Below, piece after piece: positions 1 through 7,468 of a stretch of DNA of 35,605 nucleotides (its first letter is position 1; each line of letters starts with the position of its first letter). Made by a program: the position numbers and the translations under genes. Origin of the DNA: an uncultured Rikenellaceae bacterium (GTDB lineage: Bacteria > Bacteroidota > Bacteroidia > Bacteroidales > VadinHA17). The stretch covers positions 1 through 35,605 of the forward strand of contig CAYPKL010000315.1 in the NCBI GenBank assembly GCA_964411285.1, read 5' to 3'. The notes under the pieces were generated by a model. That model had not been told where the DNA came from and did not search any database. It saw only the letters and a list, made by a program, of their open reading frames with translations.

Positions 1-400
1 TAAGATTCCTTGCATTTCTGCTGCATAAAATCCCGTTTACAAGGGTAGGATGGAGGTGGACCACGTACTTATATCCGATCATTTCGTGGAGCGAAGTTTC
101 AACTGATGGTCTTTTAAGCAAACCCTGATCTATTATGCTGCTGTAAAGATCACTTTTCACAAGGTCCTCCCTTGCAACCGGGTCATCGGGGTAAGTTTTT
201 CGTGATATCATTTGAAGTTTTTCCCTGCTGAGAGCAACCAGTCCATCCTCATTGAGGCCGGCAAGGGATTTTCCGCTTGCTTTTATCCATATAGTAGTCT
301 CATCCTTAAATGAGGTGTTTCCTCCTCCGGCAATAACGCATTCCTTGTCTTTCCCGTAATATCTGGAAATATCTATCAGTTCTTTTATTTCAGGCTTCAT
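1..400 (-). CDS. class II aldolase/adducin-domain protein, N-terminal part only (gene runs off the left edge; may be the aldolase half of a bifunctional aldolase/short-chain dehydrogenase)
   Basis: Absent from the ORF track because it is truncated. The reverse complement from 400 reads MKPEIKELIDISRYYGKDKECVIAGGGNTSFKDETTIWIKASGKSLAGL...RPSVETSLHEMIGYKYVVHLHP. GGGNTS and the xETxLH...HLHP stretch are class II aldolase family signatures. The ATG at 400..398 overlaps the stop of the upstream PHP gene by 11 nt. Confidence 0.6.
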   Translation of the reverse strand, partial: MKPEIKELIDISRYYGKDKECVIAGGGNTSFKDETTIWIKASGKSLAGLNEDGLVALSREKLQMISRKTYPDDPVAREDLVKSDLYSSIIDQGLLKRPSVETSLHEMIGYKYVVHLHPTLVNGILCSRNARNL

Positions 401-1637
401 TCTTATATTTTTTTAAATAGTATTCAATGATCAGCTGCCCCAGTCTTGCCAGCTCATTTCTCTGGCTGCTGTTGTGGGTGCCATCAGGAAGAACATATCC
501 CTGTCTGCCATCCGCCCTGAGATACTGATGTGCCGCAATAATGCAGGCACCTTCCCATACTATCTTTTTTAATGAATCATCAAGTGGAACAGAACCCCTC
601 GATTTAACCAAAAGCGGATTCAGTTCGGGCGTATTGTGCTCAGTTCCGAAAGTTATTATAAATCCTTTTTTGTGAAAGAACTCAACAAATTCCTTAAGAA
701 TTGAACCATCATTCCGACCAGGGATCAGCTCGATACATTCAATTCCCGATTTCAGGAGTGTGCTGCAAAGTTTTTCAGGATCTGACTCAAATTCCGTGAA
801 ATTTCCTGATGGGTCATCAAGAAGAACCGGGTAGCATGGTATTCCGCCTGCTTTAATAATTATTTTAAGAATCTTTTTAAGCTCAAGGAATGATTTTTCA
901 TCTTCTTCCACGAAGGCCGCTCCTCCGCTTTTCAGGAGGTTGGATCTGATCTCATTTTCGAGTACCGCCGGATTGGCAAGTCCCGCTTTTGAAGGTTTGC
1001 TGCCATAGAGTGCTTCAATGAACTGAAGCTGTTTTTCAGGCTGCGGGTAGTACTCCTCTGCCAGGATCCGCACCGCTTTCGCCAGATGCCGTTCACGTAC
1101 CAGGTCATGAGCATAAACTTTCTTTATCGAATCATAATTTAGCTGAATGGAAGGATTTTGTTTTTCGACGAGCTGATTCAGTTTCACGATCATTGCCTTT
1201 ATCTGGATCTGACTCTCCTTTATTACCTGTCTGAGCTGTCTTCTTTGAAAGAATCCGGTTTGAAACGGGTAATCAAGTCCTTTTCCGCAGAAATAAATCC
1301 TTCCCGGGTTATTAGGGTCATTTATCCTGACACCCTTATTCTGTTCTTCTTTAAGCAGTCCGATAAACTCAATGTTAAACAGAGGGAAAATCCTGTTTCT
1401 GAGACAACCTTCATGGAAAGAATTATAACCATCGGTTACATAAAAATCGTTTATTCCAAGTACTGCTATATTTTCTTCATCAGCCATCCTGAAGATGGTT
1501 TCCATATCAGGGAAAGCGCTGAAGGAATAGGGTGTGTGTATATGTGCATTAACCTCGCGGTAATCTGGAAAAGAGAAGCCATTCATCTCTTTTTTTAAAA
1601 TCTCAATTGATGGGAATGAGTTAAGAAAGCTGTTCAT
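390..1637 (-). CDS. PHP-domain (polymerase/histidinol-phosphatase-like) metal-dependent phosphoesterase, specific function unknown
   Basis: 415-aa ORF. The N-terminal NAHIHTPYSFSAF (HxH) followed by GINDFY matches the first PHP metal-binding motifs. It is tightly packed in the operon, 8 nt after the AKR stop and overlapping the next start. Confidence 0.6.
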   Translation of the reverse strand: MNSFLNSFPSIEILKKEMNGFSFPDYREVNAHIHTPYSFSAFPDMETIFRMADEENIAVLGINDFYVTDGYNSFHEGCLRNRIFPLFNIEFIGLLKEEQNKGVRINDPNNPGRIYFCGKGLDYPFQTGFFQRRQLRQVIKESQIQIKAMIVKLNQLVEKQNPSIQLNYDSIKKVYAHDLVRERHLAKAVRILAEEYYPQPEKQLQFIEALYGSKPSKAGLANPAVLENEIRSNLLKSGGAAFVEEDEKSFLELKKILKIIIKAGGIPCYPVLLDDPSGNFTEFESDPEKLCSTLLKSGIECIELIPGRNDGSILKEFVEFFHKKGFIITFGTEHNTPELNPLLVKSRGSVPLDDSLKKIVWEGACIIAAHQYLRADGRQGYVLPDGTHNSSQRNELARLGQLIIEYYLKKYKNEA

Positions 1638-1645
1638 AGCCTGTT

Positions 1646-2644
1646 TTATATTCTGGTCTCTATTTTAAGGTTTGAAATGTGATCGTTTATTTTTTTTATC
1701 TCATCACCGGTCAGAGTAAGATCAGCGGCTTTAACATTATCGAGAACCTGTTCTGCATTTCTGGCGCCGGCAAGTGCACATGTTATCCCCGGTTGCTGAA
1801 TGGTCCAGTTAAGGACAAGCTGGGAAAGGGTGACCTTATGTTCATTTGCAATCACTCTCAGATTCTCGGTTAACTGAATTATTCCGGAGAGATTAGGCTC
1901 TTTGTAATAGATTGTATCGGGCCGGCTGTCGCCTTCACCAAATTTATGTCCTTTTTTTATTTTACCGGTCAGGAGACCCCGCTGGAGAGGACTGTAGGCA
2001 AGGATACCAATATTCTGATCAATACAGTAAGGAATGATATCCTTTTCAATGTTCCTGTTTACCATGCTGTAAGGAACCTGATTGGATGCAATTGGAAGGC
2101 TCTTTACAGCTTCTTTCATAAGGTCGACGGAATAATTGGATACAGCTCCGGCCCTTATCTTTCCATGACTGATCAGGATTTCGAGAGCTTCCATGGTTTC
2201 TGAAACGGGTGTTGTGGAATCGGGCCAGTGTATCTGATAAAGGTCTATATAATCAGTTCCCAGCCGTTTCAGGCTGGCTTCACAGTCTTTTAATACCCTC
2301 TCCTTTGTTGAGTAGTTATATATATCAATATTTTTGCCTTCATTATCTTTAGTAGAAAAGTAATATGCACCCTTTTTTTCATCCCAGACCATACCGAATT
2401 TAGTGAGGATCTGTACCTTATCCCTTTTACCTTTGATTGCTTTGCCAGTGAGTTCTTCACTAAGGCCGAAGCCATAGATTGCTGCTGTATCAATTGTTGT
2501 CATACCGTTGTCGACAGCTGTTTCAATTGCTTTAACAGCATCGATGGAATCTGCTCCGCCCCAGAGCCATCCACCTATTGCCCAGGCTCCGAAAGCAAGT
2601 TCGGAGATCAGGATATCTGATTTTCCAAGTGTTCTGTATTTCAT
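1646..2644 (-). CDS. aldo/keto reductase family oxidoreductase
   Basis: 332 aa. It has the typical AKR N-terminus (MKYRTLGKSDILISELAFGAWAIGG), TIDTAAIYG, the DLYQIHWPD motif and the C-terminal LAGARNAEQVLDN. Confidence 0.9.
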   Translation of the reverse strand: MKYRTLGKSDILISELAFGAWAIGGWLWGGADSIDAVKAIETAVDNGMTTIDTAAIYGFGLSEELTGKAIKGKRDKVQILTKFGMVWDEKKGAYYFSTKDNEGKNIDIYNYSTKERVLKDCEASLKRLGTDYIDLYQIHWPDSTTPVSETMEALEILISHGKIRAGAVSNYSVDLMKEAVKSLPIASNQVPYSMVNRNIEKDIIPYCIDQNIGILAYSPLQRGLLTGKIKKGHKFGEGDSRPDTIYYKEPNLSGIIQLTENLRVIANEHKVTLSQLVLNWTIQQPGITCALAGARNAEQVLDNVKAADLTLTGDEIKKINDHISNLKIETRI

Positions 2645-2652
2645 AATAATAA

Positions 2653-2700
2653 GTGTTTCAGAGTTTCAGAGTTTCAGTGTTACAGTGTTACAGTGTTACC
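2653..2700. repeat. six tandem octamers GWGTTWCA filling the HAD-AKR intercistronic spacer
   Basis: Direct reading gives GTGTTTCA GAGTTTCA GAGTTTCA GTGTTACA GTGTTACA GTGTTACC. The last unit contains the HAD stop codon (tta at 2696..2698, minus strand TAA). Confidence 0.9.
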
Positions 2701-3340
2701 AGTCAAGGACTTCATTGGGAACCTCAAGCAGAGATCTGCAAATCCAGTCCGCCTCAGAGAGGGCTGATGCATCAAATGATGTAGTTACTGCCAGACATTT
2801 ACATCCTGCAGCTTTTCCCGCTTTAATTCCGCTTACTGCATCTTCCACAACAAGACAATCCTCAGGGATTAAACCAATAGAAGTTGCTGCTTTAATATAA
2901 ATATCAGGGAATGGCTTTTTATTTTCCACATCCAGTCCGGTGATAATGGAATGGAACATGGATTGAGGAAGGCCTGTCTCTCTTAAATTGGTCTGCATTT
3001 TTACAGTGTCGGCGCTGGTAGCAAGTGAAATTTTAAGATTTTTCTCAAGACATCTGCTGATGAACTCCTTTGCTCCAGGAAGGGGGGAAAGCTTATTTCT
3101 TACAATGTCAGTGAATATTTCGTAAGTCCTGGCTTTTACTTTTTCAATATTTACGCTTATTCCATATTTTTCTGCTACTCCACCGATGTATCTGTTTTCA
3201 CCCATGCCGACAAACGGTATGAAATCTTCCGGCACGACTTTGAATCCCAGTTCACCGAACATAAGTATGGCGGCTTTACAGATAAATGGCTCGGAGTCGA
3301 CCAGAACGCCATCCATATCGAAAAGCACTCCTCTGATCAT
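2696..3340 (-). CDS. HAD-IA family hydrolase (beta-phosphoglucomutase / sugar-phosphatase-like)
   Basis: 214 aa. Motif I is LFDMDGVLVDSEP, motif II is LATSA, and motif IV is VVEDAVSGIKAGKAAG. Confidence 0.85.
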   Translation of the reverse strand: MIRGVLFDMDGVLVDSEPFICKAAILMFGELGFKVVPEDFIPFVGMGENRYIGGVAEKYGISVNIEKVKARTYEIFTDIVRNKLSPLPGAKEFISRCLEKNLKISLATSADTVKMQTNLRETGLPQSMFHSIITGLDVENKKPFPDIYIKAATSIGLIPEDCLVVEDAVSGIKAGKAAGCKCLAVTTSFDASALSEADWICRSLLEVPNEVLDW

Positions 3341-3975
3341 CTGAAACGTTTTTCGATTTCAAGAACTCTTGATCGGCCCAGTGGTCTCTTTTTTCCGGTC
3401 ATATCAACAATAAGAGTCATTTTTGCAGCATTCTCAAGTACTTCAAGTTTGTCAAATGCCTCAAGCAGAGTGGTTCCGGTAGTAAGGATTCCGTGATTTT
3501 CGAGCAAAAGAATGTCTGACTTGTCAATATTATCTGCAGCAAGAGCTGCAAGCTCTTTTGTTCCCATAAGCGCATATGGTACAAACTGTGGATTTCCGCA
3601 GATAGCTTTAGCTTCGGCGGTGAGATCTGTTTTTATTGTACAGTTCATGGCAGTAAATGCTGAAGCAAATACGGGATGGGCATGTACAATAGCTGACAAA
3701 CTCTTGTTTTTTTTATAGATAGAAAGGTGCATTTCAGTTTCAATTGAGGGCTTGAGGTTGGGAGTCAAATTCTCCCCAAGTATTGATAAAACGCCCACTT
3801 CCTTCCATTGCATTCTTCCTTTATCGGTGGCTGAAGGAGTTATGAGGATGATATCGGGAGATACCCTGAGGCTTATATTTCCACCTGAAGTAGTGGTTAG
3901 TTTTTGACGGTAGAGGCGGCGCATAAATGCTGCGACCTCTTTCCTCTCCTTTTTATATTCTTTGCCGTATTTCAT
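3337..3975 (-). CDS. class II aldolase/adducin family protein (FucA/AraD/MtnB-like)
   Basis: 212 aa. Motifs seen: SGGNISLRV, PSIETEMHLSIY, AIVHAHP and LLENHGILT. There is a 4-nt ATGA overlap with the downstream HAD gene. Confidence 0.85.
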   Translation of the reverse strand: MKYGKEYKKERKEVAAFMRRLYRQKLTTTSGGNISLRVSPDIILITPSATDKGRMQWKEVGVLSILGENLTPNLKPSIETEMHLSIYKKNKSLSAIVHAHPVFASAFTAMNCTIKTDLTAEAKAICGNPQFVPYALMGTKELAALAADNIDKSDILLLENHGILTTGTTLLEAFDKLEVLENAAKMTLIVDMTGKKRPLGRSRVLEIEKRFR

Positions 3976-3983
3976 AAATCAGA

Positions 3984-4769
3984 TCACTGAACCAGATCTA
4001 TGATTCCGTTCAGAACATACTGGGGACGGTATGGGAAATCATTTATTTCGTCTCTGTTGGTTATCCCGCTTAATACAAGACATGTATCAAGTTCTGATTC
4101 CAGCCCGCAGCGTATGTCTGTATCCATTCGGTCGCCGATCACAATTGTATCTTCTCTTTTTAAACCAAGTCTTTTTAGTGCGATACGCATCATAAGAGGA
4201 TTTGGTTTCCCGACAAAATATGCCTGTTTGCCGGTAGCAATTTCTATTGGAGCAATGAGGGCTTTTGTTGAGGGTGCAATACCATTTTCAACGGGACCGC
4301 TCACATCGGGATTTGTTCCTATAAGACGTGCTCCCCTCAGCACAAGATTGACAGCTGTCTGAATGTTTTCGAAATTATAGCTATGAGTATCGCCGACTAC
4401 CACATAATCAGGATTTACGTTATTTATCGTATAACCGAAACTGTATAAAGCATGGATCAATCCTGCCTCGCCAATAATAAATGCACTTCCGTTTGGTGTC
4501 TGACTTGCCAGGAAACCTGCTGTGCCCAACGCACTCGTGTAAAAATGATCTTCACCGACAACGATACCCAGCCTGGCCATTTTTTCCTGAAGCTCCTTAG
4601 GAGTTCTTTCACTTGAATTTGTAAGAAAAAGGTACTTTTTCCCCGAATCCTCCATCCACTTAAGAAATTCAGTTATACCAGGTAATAATTTGTTACCATG
4701 GTAGATAACACCATCCATGTCGATTATGAAACCCGCTTTTGCCTTTATGCTTTCAACAATCTTATCCAT
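3984..4769 (-). CDS. HAD-IIA family hydrolase (NagD-like sugar-phosphate phosphatase)
   Basis: 261 aa. Motifs seen: IIDMDGVIYHG, FLTNSS, GKPNP and VIGDRMDTDI. Confidence 0.85.
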   Translation of the reverse strand: MDKIVESIKAKAGFIIDMDGVIYHGNKLLPGITEFLKWMEDSGKKYLFLTNSSERTPKELQEKMARLGIVVGEDHFYTSALGTAGFLASQTPNGSAFIIGEAGLIHALYSFGYTINNVNPDYVVVGDTHSYNFENIQTAVNLVLRGARLIGTNPDVSGPVENGIAPSTKALIAPIEIATGKQAYFVGKPNPLMMRIALKRLGLKREDTIVIGDRMDTDIRCGLESELDTCLVLSGITNRDEINDFPYRPQYVLNGIIDLVQ

Positions 4770-4796
4770 ATATCTTTAATTGTGCTGTAAAGATAT
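4770..4796 (-). promoter_or_regulatory. 9-bp perfect stem-loop abutting the start codon of the HAD-IIA gene
   Basis: ATATCTTTA (4770-4778) pairs with TAAAGATAT (4788-4796) around a 9-nt loop. On the mRNA strand the 3' arm ends immediately before the ATG at 4769. Confidence 0.35.
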
Positions 4797-4806
4797 GTAA
4801 AAGGAA

Positions 4807-7275
4807 TCATACACCTTCTTTGTTCAATAATATAGATTTCCCGTATGAGAAATCATTTTTTGGTGTGTGACCTTTCAGAGGGATTATTTTTTCATGGATA
4901 GCATCAATGATCCAGTCAGGTTGCGGGAAGAAATATTTTTCCATTTCGTAGGCAGGAGTGATCCAGTTTCTTGAACCGACAACCACAGGGGGAGCATCGA
5001 GATAGTCGAATGCGAGCTCGGTAATTGTCTGGGCCATTTCCTTAAGGAATGAACCCCTTGATGAAGCATCGCTTGCCAGGATAATTCTGCCGGTCTTTTT
5101 TACTGAGTTTATTACTGTTTCATAGTTAAAAGGAACGAGCGAACGGGCATCAATTACTTCAGCGCTTAGTCCGTAAGTCTGCTGAAGGGTGTCAGCAACT
5201 TGTATTACAGGGTATAATGTAGCTCCGATCGAAAGGATTGTTATATCATTTCCTTCTCTTTTAATATCAGGCTCACCGATAGGTATTTCGTAGTATCCTT
5301 CCGGTACGCCGGCAGTATGAAACATCTCACCGGTATCATAGATTCTCTGGCTTTCAAAGAAAACGACAGGATCAGTTCCCTGCAGTGCGCTGTTCATCAA
5401 ACCCTTGGCGTCGAATGGTGTAGCCGGGAACACAACTTTCAAACCGGGTATATGTGCAACAAGAGATGACCAGTCCTGCGAATGCTGGGCCCCGTATTTC
5501 GAACCTACAGATACTCTGACAACTACAGGCATTTTTATTATATTTCCGCTCATTGCCTGCCATTTTGGAAGCTGATTAAATACCTCGTCGCCGGAGCGTC
5601 CGAGAAAATCACAGTACATGATCTCTGCAATAACCCTGCCTCCACACATTCCATATCCGATTGCCGTACCGACGATGGCTCCTTCCGATATCGGGGAATT
5701 AAACAATCTGTTATAGGGAAGCGCTTCTGTAAGCCCCCTGTAAACTGCAAATGCACCACCCCAGTCGCGGTTTTCTTCACCCCAGGCTGCCAATGTAGGA
5801 TCTTTGTAAAAACGGTCAATTACAGCTTCAAAGATGCCGTCACGAAGCTGGTACAATCTGGCTTTTGAAACAGGGTTACCACTTTTATCTTTATAGAATC
5901 TCTCCTTGTTTTTTAACGATTTTACTCTTGGATTTTCCGCCATTGGCATCAGAACCTCAGGAGTTCCCTCTTCCATTCTTTCAATTGACTGACCTGAGAA
6001 CATCATTTTTCCAATACCGTCAGGATCATTACCGAGGTTGAGATGGGGCGAAACCTTATCATCAATACTTAGTTTCAAAATATGAGTAAGAATATCGGTG
6101 GCTTCATTTCTTATTTCGTCGAGTTGAAATGGCTGAACTAAATTTGCGTCAATAAGGGAGTTTCCGAAAGAGAGAATAGAATCCTCCTTTTGCCAGGCTT
6201 CTATTTCTTCTTTTGATCTGTAGGAGGATGCATCTGAAGGGGAATGGCCGCTTATTCTGTAAGTGAGGGTGTCAAGAAGAACGGGTCCCTCTTTTTTTGC
6301 CAGAATTTCTTTTTTGCGTTTGAAAGCATCTATTACCGCAAGAGGGTTATACCCATCAACCCTTTCTGCATGCATCATTTCAGGATTTACTCCTGCGCCT
6401 ATTCTGGCCAGGATTCCGTATCCCATTGTTTCTCCCATCGTCTGGCCACCCATGCCGTACAGATTATTCATGAAGTTGAAAATAAGAGGTAATCCGCCTC
6501 TGAAGTCACCTTCCCACAAGGTTTTGTACTGGTCCATTGTTGCAAATGTTATTCCTTCCCACACGGGCCCGCATCCCATAGATGCATCCCCGATATTGCA
6601 AACGACAATTCCCGGTTTATTATTAATTTTTTTATATAGGGCAGCTCCTACAGAAATATCGCCTGAACCTCCCACAATGGCATTATTGGGATATATCCCA
6701 AATGGAGTGAAAAAAGCGTGCATTGATCCCCCGAGGCCTTTGTTAAAACCATTTTCGCGTGCAAAAATTTCTGCCAGGGCTCCATAGAGAAGAAAACGGA
6801 TTGCAAGTTCTTTTACAGTACCGGCAAATCCTTTTTCAACCACCTTTAAAGCATTACCACCGAAGTAGCTGCTCATTACTGAGTACAGATTATCTTCATC
6901 CAGTTTATGTATTGCCGACAATCCCTTTGCAAGTATCTCACCATGACTTCGGTGGGAGCCAAAAATGAAGTCATAAGTATCAAGGTTGTAAGCCATTCCA
7001 ACGGCCGAAGCTTCCTGGCCTATAGAAAGATGCGCAGGACCGGGATGGTTGTATGCGATGCCTTTATATTCGTTAGTGGTCTTTATAAGGTTAAGCATCG
7101 TTTCGAACTCCCTGATAACGACCATATCATGATATATTCTTAAAAAGTCGCCGGTTGTGAAGTTGGCTTTTTCCTCCTCCAGGGATTTGTTATACTGGTT
7201 AACAGGTATTTTCCCAAATTCTATGAATTGGGGTTTACGAACTTCCTTCGGATCAATATTCTGAGTTTTAGGCAT
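4807..7275 (-). CDS. 2-oxoacid (pyruvate / branched-chain / acetoin-type) dehydrogenase E1 component, fused alpha and beta subunits, TPP-dependent
   Basis: 822 aa. The alpha part has HLSIGQEA, GSHRSHGE and the GDASMG...N TPP-binding region. The beta part starts near LRDGIFEAVIDRF...NSPISEGAIVGTAIGYGMCG. A linker of roughly 70 aa joins them. Confidence 0.9.
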   Translation of the reverse strand: MPKTQNIDPKEVRKPQFIEFGKIPVNQYNKSLEEEKANFTTGDFLRIYHDMVVIREFETMLNLIKTTNEYKGIAYNHPGPAHLSIGQEASAVGMAYNLDTYDFIFGSHRSHGEILAKGLSAIHKLDEDNLYSVMSSYFGGNALKVVEKGFAGTVKELAIRFLLYGALAEIFARENGFNKGLGGSMHAFFTPFGIYPNNAIVGGSGDISVGAALYKKINNKPGIVVCNIGDASMGCGPVWEGITFATMDQYKTLWEGDFRGGLPLIFNFMNNLYGMGGQTMGETMGYGILARIGAGVNPEMMHAERVDGYNPLAVIDAFKRKKEILAKKEGPVLLDTLTYRISGHSPSDASSYRSKEEIEAWQKEDSILSFGNSLIDANLVQPFQLDEIRNEATDILTHILKLSIDDKVSPHLNLGNDPDGIGKMMFSGQSIERMEEGTPEVLMPMAENPRVKSLKNKERFYKDKSGNPVSKARLYQLRDGIFEAVIDRFYKDPTLAAWGEENRDWGGAFAVYRGLTEALPYNRLFNSPISEGAIVGTAIGYGMCGGRVIAEIMYCDFLGRSGDEVFNQLPKWQAMSGNIIKMPVVVRVSVGSKYGAQHSQDWSSLVAHIPGLKVVFPATPFDAKGLMNSALQGTDPVVFFESQRIYDTGEMFHTAGVPEGYYEIPIGEPDIKREGNDITILSIGATLYPVIQVADTLQQTYGLSAEVIDARSLVPFNYETVINSVKKTGRIILASDASSRGSFLKEMAQTITELAFDYLDAPPVVVGSRNWITPAYEMEKYFFPQPDWIIDAIHEKIIPLKGHTPKNDFSYGKSILLNKEGV

Positions 7276-7358
7276 ATTGTATTACGATTATTATTTATTG
7301 TTTAGCATTAAAAAAATATTGTATGACATTAAAAATATATTGTTCAACATGTATTATT
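7275..7358 (-). promoter_or_regulatory. four tandem 21-nt units, each starting TATTGT (plus-strand reading), directly upstream of and overlapping the E1 start codon
   Basis: TATTGT occurs at 7275, 7296, 7317 and 7338, an exact 21-nt spacing. The units are TATTGTATTACGATTATTATT, TATTGTTTAGCATTAAAAAAA, TATTGTATGACATTAAAAATA and TATTGTTCAACATGTATTATT. Confidence 0.6.
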
Positions 7359-7404
7359 TAAACTAATTTTTATCCCTTTGAAGGGGCCCGGGCGTAAAGT
7401 ATTT

Positions 7405-7468
7405 GCCCTTAAGTCCCTCAATCCCCCAGTCCCTCAGTCTCTTAGTCTCTCAGTCTCTTAGTCTCTCT
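7405..7468. repeat. eight tandem octamers (GTCYCTYA type) starting at the E2 stop codon
   Basis: Direct reading gives GCCCTTAA GTCCCTCA ATCCCCCA GTCCCTCA GTCTCTTA GTCTCTCA GTCTCTTA GTCTCTCT. The E2 stop (tta, 7468..7470) is continuous with the last unit. Confidence 0.9.

Noticed and set aside
2653-2700. Possibility that the octamer arrays (also 7405..7468 and 19741..19803) are CRISPR arrays or mobile-element termini
   Set aside because: The 7-8-nt period has no spacers, which is far below CRISPR repeat size. No cas, transposase or integrase genes and no flanking inverted repeats or target-site duplications are present.
5482-6787. Plus-strand ORFs of 128, 82 and 174 aa inside the E1 gene, and similar antisense ORFs inside most large genes
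   Set aside because: They lie entirely within and antisense to ORFs with strong family signatures. Their composition is unprotein-like (Pro/Ser/Arg/Cys-rich) and they have no start context. They are typical shadow frames.
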